Shown in pieces: positions 1-9,866 of a stretch of 60,980 nucleotides of DNA. Under the pieces are notes generated by a model. The model did no database searches, was not told where the DNA came from, and worked only from the letters and a program-made list of their open reading frames with translations. Each line of letters starts with the position of its first letter. Position 1 is the first letter of the stretch. The stretch lies in IMG/VR virus record IMGVR_UViG_3300000317_000001, positions 1-60,980 of that record; one strand, written 5' to 3'. This stretch comes from a virus. Taxonomy: Duplodnaviria; Caudoviricetes. A program made the position numbers and the translations under genes.

Positions 1-79
1 ATTATGTCAAAATTTGTTATTTCTTGTGAAGCATTTAGGTGCGTAAAAGAACCAATAGGGTATTGTGAGGAATGCAGAG
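1..79. repeat. 79-bp terminal direct repeat (copy at 60902-60980); circular assembly overlap
   Basis: Bases 1-79 are identical to 60902-60980. The ORF at 4 has its promoter and RBS at 60819-60904. Confidence 0.95.
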
Positions 80-174
80 CTAGCTTATGTGGAACTCATT
101 TGCTATTAGCATCTGTAGATGGCAAAAATAAGCATTTGTGTGAAAGTTGTGCAAGAAAGTTAGGTGCAAAATGA
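4..174 (+). CDS. Cys-rich microprotein, B-box/AN1-like zinc finger (56 aa)
   Basis: Hand translation MSKFVISCEAFRC..CEEC..CGTH..CESC. RBS AAAGGTGG lies across the circular junction. Confidence 0.75.
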   Translation: MSKFVISCEAFRCVKEPIGYCEECRASLCGTHLLLASVDGKNKHLCESCARKLGAK

Positions 175-305
175 AATGTGTGTTAAAAGGGTGTAAGGGC
201 GAGATGTTTGTATCGAGAGATTATGTAGATTCTTTAACAGGAAAACCCATGAGTGTATGGGTTTGTCCTTTGTGTAGCAGAATAGAACTTAAGGAGGCAA
301 GATAA
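171..305 (+). CDS. zinc-ribbon microprotein (44 aa)
   Basis: MKCVLKGC...WVCPLCSR; ATGA overlap with the upstream ORF. Confidence 0.7.
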   Translation: MKCVLKGCKGEMFVSRDYVDSLTGKPMSVWVCPLCSRIELKEAR

Positions 306-433
306 TGAAATGTACTTGTGGTGGTCAATTGGTGAGGTGTGGTGAAGATATAAATTATGTTTATTATATTTGCAATAAGTGCAAAGGACAAGTAGGTAAA
401 AGAAAACAAAATAGTAAGGGAGTTAAAAGATGA
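305..433 (+). CDS. zinc-ribbon microprotein (42 aa)
   Basis: MKCTCGG...ICNKC; AAGGAGG RBS; TAATG and ATGA overlaps with its neighbours. Confidence 0.7.
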   Translation: MKCTCGGQLVRCGEDINYVYYICNKCKGQVGKRKQNSKGVKR

Positions 434-1527
434 GAAATTTAAAAGAATATGATGAGTGGTTAAAAAGTTATTACAAGAGGCTAAAAGTTTCTAAAATTAC
501 ACCATTTAAATTTTCTGTTACAGATAGGCAGGAGTTTAAAAGATGCATTAGAAGATGGAATTATAGTTCATATAATGGTATGAGTATTGAACCTAAGGCA
601 CCAAATGTGAAATTATTATTTGGAACAGAAATCCATAGTGCACTAGAGTATTTTTACAAAAATACATTTTCATGCGTAGAATTTTTTAAGCAAAGATGGA
701 ACAACTATGTTGCCTATCAAAAGAAAAGAATGCTTGATCTCGATTTAACTGAACTAGAAGCGCATCTTCCGCTAGGGATAGCTATTCTAAAAGGCTATGA
801 AGAGTATGCAAATGATGATAAATGGAGTATTCTAGCAACAGAATTTGAAATCGAATATCCCCTAGTGGATAATGATGGAGAACCTATTTTAATTTGTAGA
901 AATGGTAATGCATCTAATTATGGAGTATATAACCCAATCGTGTGCGGCAGAATTGATTTAGTGATTTATGATGATAGTACAAAACAGTATTATGTAGTGG
1001 ATCATAAAACGGGAACTAATCATTTAAATCCAAAAGATCTTGAATGGGATGATCAGTTAACTATTTATAGCGCTATTTGTTCAAAAATATTTGAAACTAA
1101 GTTTAACGCAATGTATAATTTTATGCGTAAAAAAATACCTACTGTACCTAAAATACTCAAAAATGGAAGTTTGTCAAAAGCAGCAAATCAAGATACAACT
1201 TATGAAATTTATATGCAAGAAATTATAAATAATAACTTGCGGGTGCAAGATTACCAAGATATTTTAAGCACTTTTCAAACAAAACAAACTGGATTTTATG
1301 AAAGAATTACTTTGCCAAAATCTGAGTTGTGGAATAATTGTTTGGAAAATCAATTAAAACAAGAAGCACTCATGATGATAGTTGCTCTAGAAAATCAAGT
1401 AAATATATCAACTTGTACTTCAAGCTGTAGTTGGGACTGCAATTATCATATGCTGTGCAGAACTCAAAGTATTGGTGGAAATATTAAGCCACTAATAGAG
1501 CAATATTATCAGGAAAGGAGAACGTGA
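430..1527 (+). CDS. PD-(D/E)XK exonuclease (RecB/Cas4-like)
   Basis: FGTEIHSALE, GRIDLV..VVDHKT catalytic motifs, N-terminal C plus C-terminal CxxCxxxxxC cluster; adjacent to a Sak4-like ATPase and SSB. Confidence 0.85.
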   Translation: MRNLKEYDEWLKSYYKRLKVSKITPFKFSVTDRQEFKRCIRRWNYSSYNGMSIEPKAPNVKLLFGTEIHSALEYFYKNTFSCVEFFKQRWNNYVAYQKKRMLDLDLTELEAHLPLGIAILKGYEEYANDDKWSILATEFEIEYPLVDNDGEPILICRNGNASNYGVYNPIVCGRIDLVIYDDSTKQYYVVDHKTGTNHLNPKDLEWDDQLTIYSAICSKIFETKFNAMYNFMRKKIPTVPKILKNGSLSKAANQDTTYEIYMQEIINNNLRVQDYQDILSTFQTKQTGFYERITLPKSELWNNCLENQLKQEALMMIVALENQVNISTCTSSCSWDCNYHMLCRTQSIGGNIKPLIEQYYQERRT

Positions 1528-1531
1528 TTTT

Positions 1532-1759
1532 ATGGAAAAAAGTGATTGTGCAGAAAAGAAAGTGCCCTCTTCTTTGGGAGAAATACTGCAAAATTGGGTT
1601 AATGAAGAAGTAGTAGTAACTTGTGAAAATAAAAGTATGTATGGAACCTTAGTAACTTGTACCTATTTCAATAATGCGGTAGATGGTATATTATTAGCAC
1701 GTTGGGGATGGATTTCAATGGATTCTATTAAAAGAATAAATCTTAAAGGAGGAAGTTAA
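1532..1759 (+). CDS. hypothetical protein (possibly Sm-like small beta fold)
   Basis: RBS AAAGGAG; in operon; beta-rich pattern. Confidence 0.6.
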   Translation: MEKSDCAEKKVPSSLGEILQNWVNEEVVVTCENKSMYGTLVTCTYFNNAVDGILLARWGWISMDSIKRINLKGGS

Positions 1760-1760
1760 A

Positions 1761-2573
1761 ATGGCACTTAAACCGTTAATAAAAACAAGTGAAATAATTG
1801 GTACGGGAGTTGAAGGAGGCCTTGAAGGAATAGATGCTAGAGATAAATTTAGGTATTTAAATATTTTAATACATTCTCCAAGTGGACATGGAAAAACAAG
1901 CACTGTAGCTAGTGCTTGCGATGATGAACGAACTAGCCCAATATTAGTGCTAGATTGTGATGGTGGAGCACCATTAAGATTTGTTGGAAAAGATGCTTCA
2001 AAGTATACAATAATTGATATTAAAAGCATTGATGATGTTTCAGCGAATTTTAATTATTTAAACAAAGGTAGCCATCCATACAAGAGTGTGTTAATTGATA
2101 ACCTTGGTGCACTTCAAAAAGTTGGAATGTTTGAATTTGCAAATGCAAAAATACCAAATTTTCAGGATACAAAAGTTTGGAAAGATAATAAACAACCTGA
2201 AATACAACATTGGGGTAAGAGTCTTAACCAAATGTGTTTTATAATGCAAGCATTTAAAGATTTAAAAATGCATGTGTTTTTTACGACACTTTCCGCTAGG
2301 GTACTAGATGATTTAACTAAGAAAACATTTATAACCGTTAAGCTTCCAGGACAGCAATCTGATGAAATACCTAGTGTACCAGATATTGTTGGGTATATAA
2401 GTGTTGTAAAAGGAAAAGAAGGTTTAGAAAGATTGCTTATGACTCAACCAGATGGATCTGTTGATGCAAAAGATAGAACTGAAGCTTTAGGTGTTGGAAT
2501 TAAGCTTCCAAATGGTGGAAAACACGTTACTAAAATGCTTGATCTCATTTGGACTAAGTACAACATAAAATAA
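1761..2573 (+). CDS. Sak4-like AAA ATPase / single-strand annealing protein
   Basis: Walker A HSPSGHGKT, VLIDNL Walker B, AKDR motif; lies between exonuclease and SSB. Confidence 0.85.
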   Translation: MALKPLIKTSEIIGTGVEGGLEGIDARDKFRYLNILIHSPSGHGKTSTVASACDDERTSPILVLDCDGGAPLRFVGKDASKYTIIDIKSIDDVSANFNYLNKGSHPYKSVLIDNLGALQKVGMFEFANAKIPNFQDTKVWKDNKQPEIQHWGKSLNQMCFIMQAFKDLKMHVFFTTLSARVLDDLTKKTFITVKLPGQQSDEIPSVPDIVGYISVVKGKEGLERLLMTQPDGSVDAKDRTEALGVGIKLPNGGKHVTKMLDLIWTKYNIK

Positions 2574-2664
2574 TTTTTTAAAAACCCTTATTTTTCATTG
2601 TATTTCAATGGAAAATAATATATAATATAATTATAAGAAAATAAAAATTTAAGGAGAGATATAA

Positions 2665-3078
2665 ATGGCTATTATTAATTTTAAAAATGTATCTAGTGGT
2701 TTTGAAGTGTTACCAGTAGGAAAGTATTCCGTTGCGGTAAAGGAAATTAAGTTCAATGAAGAAAAAAATTATTTTAACTGGACTTTCGAAATTATTGCTT
2801 GTCTTGAAGATGAGTATGAAGGCAAATATGGTGGAAGAAAGTTATGGGCAATTACATCATTAAAGGAAAAAGCATTATGGAAGTTAAAAGATTTCTTATT
2901 AGCACTAGGTGCTACTGAAGAAGATTTAGATAGTGATGCATTTGAATTCGACCCAGATAATTTTGTTGGTGCAGAAGCAATAGCAATGGTAACTCAAAGA
3001 GATTATTTAGGAAAAATGCAGAATGATGTAGATTTAATACAAGAAAGTGCAGTAGAAGGATTAAGTTTATTTAAATAA
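2665..3078 (+). CDS. single-stranded DNA-binding protein (DUF669-like)
   Basis: FEVLPVGKY..WTFEI..GRKLW..ALWKLKDFLLALG pattern; position in the recombination module. Confidence 0.8.
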   Translation: MAIINFKNVSSGFEVLPVGKYSVAVKEIKFNEEKNYFNWTFEIIACLEDEYEGKYGGRKLWAITSLKEKALWKLKDFLLALGATEEDLDSDAFEFDPDNFVGAEAIAMVTQRDYLGKMQNDVDLIQESAVEGLSLFK

Positions 3079-3127
3079 TAAATGTGGAGCAGCATGCTGC
3101 TCCTAATAATAAAAGGAGGTAAAGAAA

Positions 3128-3295
3128 ATGGCTCAATTAACAGAGATGGTATCCATAGTATTATCAAAAGAACAAAAAGATGCTTTAGAAAAAGCAGCCG
3201 CAATTGATGGTAGAAAATTAAGTGCTGCAATTAGATTTGGTGCTTTGAAATATTACAATGTTCTTGAAGGAATAGACCTTATTGAAGCAGATTAG
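3128..3295 (+). CDS. ribbon-helix-helix (CopG-like) DNA-binding protein (55 aa)
   Basis: Hand translation MAQLTEMVSIVLSKEQKDALEKAAAIDGRKLSAAIRFGAL; AAGGAGGT RBS. Confidence 0.75.
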   Translation: MAQLTEMVSIVLSKEQKDALEKAAAIDGRKLSAAIRFGALKYYNVLEGIDLIEAD

Positions 3296-3306
3296 GAGGA
3301 AAACAT

Positions 3307-6075
3307 ATGTGGAGAAAGTTCTACGAAGTCTATATAGACACGTCAAGTGAAAGTGAAAGTCATGAAGTTAGAGTAACCTCTCCATTTAGATCTGATTCAA
3401 ATCCGTCATTGTACATTAACTTAAGTACAGGGCAGTTTAATGACTTCGGAGACGCTGATTTCAAAGGTGATCCAATCAATTGGTTAATGCTTGTACATGA
3501 AGCTTCTTATGAAGAAGCTTCAAGAATTGTAAAAACGTATACTCAAACGGGAAAACATCCATCTCCTCCATTGCAAGAAGAAGTGCTAGATTTTCATCAA
3601 CAACTTCTTCAAAGCAAGAATACTTTAAACTACCTTTCCACTAGGGGAATAACTAAACAAATTATCGACGAATATATGATTGGGTATGATGGAGATAGAA
3701 TCATCATACCAGTTATTATGTCAAATGGTATTTGCATAAATGCTAGGAAATATGATCCGAATAGTTCATCAAAAATGCTGCCATACCAAACTGGTTACGG
3801 GTCAGTAAAATTGTATCCCCTAGTGGATTATGATGCATCTCAACCAACATTTTTATGTGAAGGTGAATGGGATGCATTAGTTTTAAAAAGTTGGGGTTTT
3901 AATGCGCTTACAAATACTGGAGGTGCAAATACTTGGAAAAAAGAATGGTGCAATATATTAGGTACCAAGATATACATGTGCTATGATGGAGATGATGCTG
4001 GAAGAAAAGGAACAGAAAATGTAATTAGATATTTGGAAGGGTCTTCAAAATCTTTTGATGTGAAAATAGTTCCAATTCCTGAAGGAAAAGACATAACAGA
4101 TTTATATAAAGAAGGGTATAATGAGAGCAGTTTTAAAAAATTAATTGAAAAAGCTGCTCCACCAAGTGCACAAAAGGAAGAAACTATTGTACAGTTACCT
4201 AGATTTGATTTGTGCACTTCAATAAATGCAGAAAATAAAGGTGTAATGTGCAGATTAGCGTTGAGGGTTGTTGGGTACGATAACAGTCCGTATAATGTTC
4301 CTGTTGAAATTATTAGCTCATGTAGTGGTTCTCAAGATTTTGCTTGGTGCACAAGTTGTCCCTTATTTTCAACATCTGAAAAAAGAATGTCTATTCGTCA
4401 AGATGAGTTTTTGTTAAAGTTATTAAAAATTACGGATGTTGCGCAATTAATTGTTTTAAAAAACTTACTCGGAATTCCGAGTAAATGCTGTATTGTTAAA
4501 ATAAAAACAACTAAAAGCGTAAATATATATGAACTAATTGTAGCACCAGAGGTTGAACAGAGTGGAATGTCTAAATATGTACTTCAAGTTGCATTTGTAA
4601 TAACAGATGATATATCTTCAAATACTTCATTTTATTTTGATGGGAAAATGATTCCATCTCCTTGGCTTCAGAAGACCATTTTGTTTCTAAATAGTGCAGA
4701 ACCCGTACAACAACAACATCAAAATTTTAAAATGGATTCAGAAATTTTTAGAGAACTTTTCATTTTTCAGCAAGGCGATTTTACAATAAAAGAAAAACTT
4801 GCGGAAATACATAATGATTTTGAAAAAGTTACAGATATTATTGGCCGTCAAGATTTACTAACTAGTATTGATCTAACTTATCATAGCGTATTAAACTTTA
4901 AGTTACAAGGAAAACCTGTGGGTAAAGGATACGTAGAAATGCTCGTATTAGGCGATACGAGAACAGGAAAATCTGAAACAATTGAAGCAATGATGAAACA
5001 TTTTCAACTAGGAGAAATTAGCACAGCTGAGAATACTTCGTTTAGTGGTCTTGTTGGTGGATTACAGCAACAAGGAGATAAAAGATGGTTTGTTACTTGG
5101 GGAAAATTGCCTCAAAACAATGGCAAACTATTTATTATAGATGAAGCAAGTGGCCTATCAAAAGAAGACATAGGTAATATGAGTGGTGTTAGGTCAAATG
5201 GAGTTGCAGAAATTACAAAAATTGTAACGGAAAGAACAAATGCAAAAACTAGATTAATTTGGCTATCCAATCCAAGACAAGGTACTGGATTAGATACAAC
5301 TACATATGGTTGCTCTCTTATTAAAGAACTAATTGGAAATAATGAAGATATTGCACGCTTTGATTTTTGCGTATCTACTTCAAGAGAAGACGTAAGTCCT
5401 GAGTTAATAAATGCAAAAAGATCTTTTAAAGAAAATGCTCCTCTTAAATATTGCTCTGAAGCATGTAAATTACTTATCTTATGGGCTTGGTCTAGAACTC
5501 CTGAACAAATACATATTGATGAAGGTGCAGTTGATCTTATTTTAAAATATGCAATTGAGCAAGGGCAAAAATATTCTTCTTCAATTCCCCTAGTGGAAGG
5601 AGCGAATCAGCGTATTAAGTTAGCTAAATTAGCTGTAGCTATTGCGTGTAGATTGTTTTCAACTGAAGATGGAGAAAATGTGATTGTAAATAAAGAACAT
5701 GTGCAGTTTGCATATGATTTTTTAACGGAAATATACGCTAAGAAATCTTTTGATTATGAAGGGTATAGTTTAAATCAAATAAAAAATATTAAAGTTGCAG
5801 AAAGTAAAGTAGATGTAATTGCGTCTTATTTAAAAGCACATCAACTTATTGATGCATTTAATGCACCTTTTGTTACATTTCAAACGCTGAAGGAACAATG
5901 TGGTTTAAAAGATGATGACTTTAAAGCATTATTTAAAGATCTCATTGACGCGAAAATGCTAGAAGAATATAGAAGGGGCGAATATATAAAAACAGCACCT
6001 TTATTAAAACTAATCAAAAAATTACGAGAGGATGAGAGAAATGATACCAACAAAGAAAGTTCAAACTTTGTATGA
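3307..6075 (+). CDS. DNA primase (TOPRIM)-helicase (MCM-like AAA+) fusion
   Basis: CEGEWDAL and CYDGDDAG TOPRIM motifs; GDTRTGKS Walker A, SGLVGG, FIIDEA Walker B, SNP, ARFD. Confidence 0.85.
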   Translation: MWRKFYEVYIDTSSESESHEVRVTSPFRSDSNPSLYINLSTGQFNDFGDADFKGDPINWLMLVHEASYEEASRIVKTYTQTGKHPSPPLQEEVLDFHQQLLQSKNTLNYLSTRGITKQIIDEYMIGYDGDRIIIPVIMSNGICINARKYDPNSSSKMLPYQTGYGSVKLYPLVDYDASQPTFLCEGEWDALVLKSWGFNALTNTGGANTWKKEWCNILGTKIYMCYDGDDAGRKGTENVIRYLEGSSKSFDVKIVPIPEGKDITDLYKEGYNESSFKKLIEKAAPPSAQKEETIVQLPRFDLCTSINAENKGVMCRLALRVVGYDNSPYNVPVEIISSCSGSQDFAWCTSCPLFSTSEKRMSIRQDEFLLKLLKITDVAQLIVLKNLLGIPSKCCIVKIKTTKSVNIYELIVAPEVEQSGMSKYVLQVAFVITDDISSNTSFYFDGKMIPSPWLQKTILFLNSAEPVQQQHQNFKMDSEIFRELFIFQQGDFTIKEKLAEIHNDFEKVTDIIGRQDLLTSIDLTYHSVLNFKLQGKPVGKGYVEMLVLGDTRTGKSETIEAMMKHFQLGEISTAENTSFSGLVGGLQQQGDKRWFVTWGKLPQNNGKLFIIDEASGLSKEDIGNMSGVRSNGVAEITKIVTERTNAKTRLIWLSNPRQGTGLDTTTYGCSLIKELIGNNEDIARFDFCVSTSREDVSPELINAKRSFKENAPLKYCSEACKLLILWAWSRTPEQIHIDEGAVDLILKYAIEQGQKYSSSIPLVEGANQRIKLAKLAVAIACRLFSTEDGENVIVNKEHVQFAYDFLTEIYAKKSFDYEGYSLNQIKNIKVAESKVDVIASYLKAHQLIDAFNAPFVTFQTLKEQCGLKDDDFKALFKDLIDAKMLEEYRRGEYIKTAPLLKLIKKLREDERNDTNKESSNFV

Positions 6076-6146
6076 AAAAACAAAAAAAGAATTAAGGAAA
6101 GCTTTTCAAGAAGTTCAAGATAAAATAAACAATGGAGGTGATCGTC

Positions 6147-6605
6147 GTGAAAGTAACTAAGATATTTAATTTTTGTGCAGCACACAGATTAACCAACCAT
6201 GATGGACTTTGTAGAAATGTTCATGGGCATAGTTATAAATTAGAAGTAACTATGTGGAATGATGATTTGATAGAAGCAAGTGAGCCTTCAAGCGAAGGAA
6301 TGGTATTTGATTTTAATAAATTAAAAAAGCTAGTTGAGCCTATTGTTGCATTATTAGATCATTCACTTATTATATGGGACTCTCCAGATAATAAAGATCC
6401 ACTAGATTTATCACTAAAATTATTGAATACTAAAACTTATTTGATGAAATGTAGATCAACAACAGAAAATTTATGCGTCGAAATATATGATAAAATTTTA
6501 AATGAAATGGACTCTCAACATATATTTGATTGCTATTTATCAAAAGTAAAAATATGGGAATCTGAATCTTCATGGGTAGAATATGAAGGAGAGTGGAGCC
6601 ATTGA
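6147..6605 (+). CDS. queD: 6-carboxytetrahydropterin synthase
   Basis: FCAAHRL..CRNVHGHSY..DF..LDH..TTENL..WES. GTG start chosen after GGAGGTGA. Confidence 0.92.
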   Translation: MKVTKIFNFCAAHRLTNHDGLCRNVHGHSYKLEVTMWNDDLIEASEPSSEGMVFDFNKLKKLVEPIVALLDHSLIIWDSPDNKDPLDLSLKLLNTKTYLMKCRSTTENLCVEIYDKILNEMDSQHIFDCYLSKVKIWESESSWVEYEGEWSH

Positions 6606-7186
6606 AATATAAAGTGAATCAAATATTTACTAGTTTACAAGGTGAAGGAATACATATGGGTAAAACGGCTAATTTTATACGATTAGCTGGGTGCAACTTA
6701 TGTTGTAATTTTTGTGATACTTCGTTCAATACCTATAGCGAACTATCCACTAGGGAAATCATGGAATCTCTCGACGAAACAACGTTTATGACTGTAATAA
6801 CTGGTGGAGAACCAACATTGCATGATTTAACAGAGCTTATTAATGAAATTAAAAAGAGCTTTCCTGAAATGATTGTTGCGTTAGAAACTAATGGAACTAA
6901 TGAAACTGCTCAGTATGAAAAACTAGATTGGATCACGTGTAGTCCAAAAGAAGCAAATGATTATAAAATACATGCATTGTGCATTCCACATGAGTTAAAA
7001 TATGTTGTTGATGAAAATATTGAACTTAAAAATATTGCTGCAGGAAAAGCTCCAATAGGGCATATCTGGTTACAACCAGATGGTAATAATATGCAAACAA
7101 GTTTTACAAAATGTGTTGAATTAGTAAAACAAAATAATACGTTAAGAGTAGGAATTCAAATGCACAAACTTTTGAATTTTGAGTAG
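6593..7186 (+). CDS. queE: 7-carboxy-7-deazaguanine synthase (radical SAM)
   Basis: IFTSLQGEG, RLAGCNLCCNFCDT, ITGGEPT, ETNGT, SPK, QMHK. Confidence 0.95.
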   Translation: MEPLKYKVNQIFTSLQGEGIHMGKTANFIRLAGCNLCCNFCDTSFNTYSELSTREIMESLDETTFMTVITGGEPTLHDLTELINEIKKSFPEMIVALETNGTNETAQYEKLDWITCSPKEANDYKIHALCIPHELKYVVDENIELKNIAAGKAPIGHIWLQPDGNNMQTSFTKCVELVKQNNTLRVGIQMHKLLNFE

Positions 7187-7200
7187 AGGAGAATTAAAAA

Positions 7201-7767
7201 ATGAGTGGATTTAAGAAAAAGAAAATTAAAAGAGCTGTTAGAATGTTATTAGAGAGCATTCCTTTAGAGAATGCTGATCGGGAAGGGCTATTAGATACTC
7301 CTTCTAGAGTTGCACGAATGTATGAAGAAATATATTGTGGTTATTTAATTGACCCACAATCATATTTAGAAAGACACTTTGAATCTGATGGATATCAGCA
7401 GATGATAATTGTAAGAGATATTCCAATATTTAGCACATGTGAACATCATCTTGCAACTTTTAGTGGGGTTTGTCATATTGGGTATATCCCTAGTGGAAGA
7501 GTTGTCGGTATTTCCAAATTAGCTAGAGTTGCAGAAGCATATTCAAGAAGACTTCAAATACAAGAGCGTTTAACAAAGCAAATAGCGGATTGTATTACTG
7601 AAGTATTAAAGCCTAAGGGTGTGATTGTTGTTATAAAAGCAGAGCATACTTGCATGACAATGAGAGGTATTAAGAAAGCAGGTGCGCTAACTGTAACTTC
7701 TGAAATCCAAGGTGTGTTTTTAGAACCTACTGCAAAAGCAGAATTTTATGAAAATTTGAAAATTTAA
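7201..7767 (+). CDS. folE: GTP cyclohydrolase I
   Basis: REGLLDTPSRVARMY, STCEHH, GISKLAR, RRLQIQER, HTCMTMRG. Confidence 0.96.
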   Translation: MSGFKKKKIKRAVRMLLESIPLENADREGLLDTPSRVARMYEEIYCGYLIDPQSYLERHFESDGYQQMIIVRDIPIFSTCEHHLATFSGVCHIGYIPSGRVVGISKLARVAEAYSRRLQIQERLTKQIADCITEVLKPKGVIVVIKAEHTCMTMRGIKKAGALTVTSEIQGVFLEPTAKAEFYENLKI

Positions 7768-7780
7768 AGGAGTAAATTTT

Positions 7781-7909
7781 ATGAACAGTTGTCCAAAATG
7801 TGGATCTACTTTAACGAAAGTAGTTGGAAAGCATATTACTACGCTTACTTGCAATGATGAATATAAAAAAGATTGCAAATGGTCTACAGATTACTATACT
7901 CAAAAATAG
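7781..7909 (+). CDS. zinc-ribbon microprotein (42 aa)
   Basis: MNSCPKCGS...CNDEYKKDCKW; AAGGAG RBS. Confidence 0.7.
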   Translation: MNSCPKCGSTLTKVVGKHITTLTCNDEYKKDCKWSTDYYTQK

Positions 7910-7926
7910 CATAAAAAAAAATAAAA

Positions 7927-7972
7927 AAAAACTATGAAAAACATTGATTTTTCATAGTTTTTAATATATAAT
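7927..7972 (+). promoter_or_regulatory. promoter with -35 at the centre of a 15-bp perfect inverted repeat
   Basis: AAAAACTATGAAAAA-CATTGA-TTTTTCATAGTTTTT; TATAAT at 7967. Confidence 0.75.
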
Positions 7973-8003
7973 ATAAATATAAATAAAGAAAGGAGAATAC
8001 GAA

Positions 8004-9084
8004 ATGGAAAATTTTGAGCCTTGCGTTGGATGCGATGGAACAATTTGCAAAGGTTGTCCCAATGGTAAAAAGTGGAAATGAACTTTATTTGCGATAGTTG
8101 TAATTGTAGTATTGCAAAGGGATGTAGGTGTGCAGAATGTGGTAAGTTCTTTTGCTTAAATTGCTTAGAAATTTATGAAACTTTTTATCACTGCAGTGAA
8201 TGTATTAAAAAATTAAAAAGGAAATAGCTTGGCAATGAATGAAAAATGTAAAACATGCAACAAAGAAGGAATGCTTATAAAATGTGCAATATGTAGTGGA
8301 ATGTACTGCTCAACCTGTATAGAGTTTTACAACAGAAATACATTTTGTGCAAAATGTAAAAATAAAATACAAATGAAAGGAGGAAAATAAAATGGCAAGT
8401 GTAATGGAGTGTAAGAATGGAAAAGGATGCAAAGATTCAAGATTTTGCGTAGAAAAATTAAACCCAAGCCTAGTTAAGAAAATAATTGGTGGAAATGAAT
8501 ATTATGAATGTACAAAATCAATGTCAGAAATGAAAGCGTGTAAATTTTATAAATGAGGAGGATGTTCAATGCCAGTATATGTAGAACCTTGCAGTAATCC
8601 CAATTGTACACATGCTGCATTGCATGATTGCAGCATGTGCTACAAAGCATTTTGCTTATTGCATATCGAAAGAGTAAAAAGTACTTATTATTGCTTAACT
8701 TGCTATAACAAGTTAGATAAAAAATATTTGTAAGGAGTTTTAAAAATGGCTAAAACAGAATGTTATAGATGTAGCAGAGAATACACAGAAAAATGCCAGC
8801 AGTGTTTTGTAGAAACTTGTGACTTACATGGTCAAAAAATTGGTGGCAGATGGATATGTGATTGGTGTGATTACAATAATAAAATAAATTCAAAAAGGAG
8901 ATGAATAATAATGGCACTTTACGCAATTAGGTGTGAAGGAAAAATAAATGTCAAGCAAAAAGATGGCACATATAAAGAAGAAACATGTGGTGCAATCTGT
9001 GGAGGCATTATATCAAAAAATGGAGATATTCAATATGCGTGTAGTACAAAAGGTTGTAACTGGACTAAAATTGTAAAAGCATAA
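8004..9084 (+). CDS. operon of seven Cys-rich microproteins (8004-8081, 8078-8227, 8235-8390, 8392-8556, 8569-8733, 8746-8904, 8911-9084)
   Basis: Hand-translated ORFs of 25-57 aa, tightly packed, most with GGAG RBSs, each with 4-9 Cys/His in CxxC-type pairs. All are below the ORF-track cutoff. Confidence 0.8.
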
Positions 9085-9171
9085 AATGTAAAAAAGCAAC
9101 TTTCCACTAGGGAAATTGAAAAATTTCAGGATCCCTAGTGGATATTGGAGAATACTCAAGTAAATCAAAGT

Positions 9172-9243
9172 TTATAGCCGAATTTAAATTTTCTAATTAC
9201 ATATTTATATGAAAACGTTATTTAAATTCGGCTATAACCATTA
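9172..9243. repeat. tripartite palindrome family, copy 1
   Basis: TTATAGCCGAATTTAAAT..CATATTTATATG..ATTTAAATTCGGCTATAA; perfect 18-bp arms. Confidence 0.92.
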
Positions 9244-9337
9244 TATAGAAGAAAATATTTTTTTATAAATATATGAAAAAACATTGATTTATATTGAAAA
9301 ATATTATATAATAAATATATAAAAAACTAAGGAGGAA

Positions 9338-9655
9338 ATGAAATTGGCATTTGTAAAGGACAAAATATTTTGGAAGGCTGTTAGAGATGTAGTAAAAATG
9401 GAAAGGCAAAATGGTATTCAAAAATGGGGTGATTTTGCAAGTTCTATGGAAAGATATGCTATTATGAAAGCAGAGGTTGAAGAAGCAGAAGATGAAATGA
9501 AAAATTTATTTGAAGAGTTGGAAAATTATTGGCAAAGTGTTAAAAACAATAAAAATGATTTTATGAAAGGAGACTTGGCAAAAATTGATGAAAAGTGTAC
9601 ATATTTGATTTCAGAAATTTTGCAAGTCATGGGATGTTGCTATGACAAGGAGTAG
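9338..9655 (+). CDS. putative MazG-like nucleotide pyrophosphohydrolase
   Basis: KWGDFASSMERYAIMKAEVEEA...SEILQV resembles the all-alpha EExxE...ExxQ pattern. Confidence 0.55.
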   Translation: MKLAFVKDKIFWKAVRDVVKMERQNGIQKWGDFASSMERYAIMKAEVEEAEDEMKNLFEELENYWQSVKNNKNDFMKGDLAKIDEKCTYLISEILQVMGCCYDKE

Positions 9656-9866
9656 GCAAATGTATGCAATAAAAAATAATTTGCAGAAGTATCGCGTATG
9701 GAAGAAATTAACTCAAACTGAACTAGCTAAGTGTGTTGAAATATCTATCAATCAACTAAGAAAAATTGAGCATGATGGGTATTATCCTAAGTATATGATA
9801 CGTCAAAAAATTTGTAACTATTTTGGAATATTGCAAACTCAAATGTTTTATAAGGGGGAATCTTAA
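9642..9866 (+). CDS. XRE/Cro-family HTH regulator
   Basis: NNLQKYR..LTQTELAK.V.IS...IE...P......I..YF. Confidence 0.88.
   Translation: MTRSRQMYAIKNNLQKYRVWKKLTQTELAKCVEISINQLRKIEHDGYYPKYMIRQKICNYFGILQTQMFYKGES

Noticed and set aside
430-1527. Cas4 as part of a CRISPR system; repeats as a CRISPR array
   Set aside because: There are no regularly spaced repeat-spacer units or other cas genes. The nuclease sits in an exonuclease-Sak4-SSB module.
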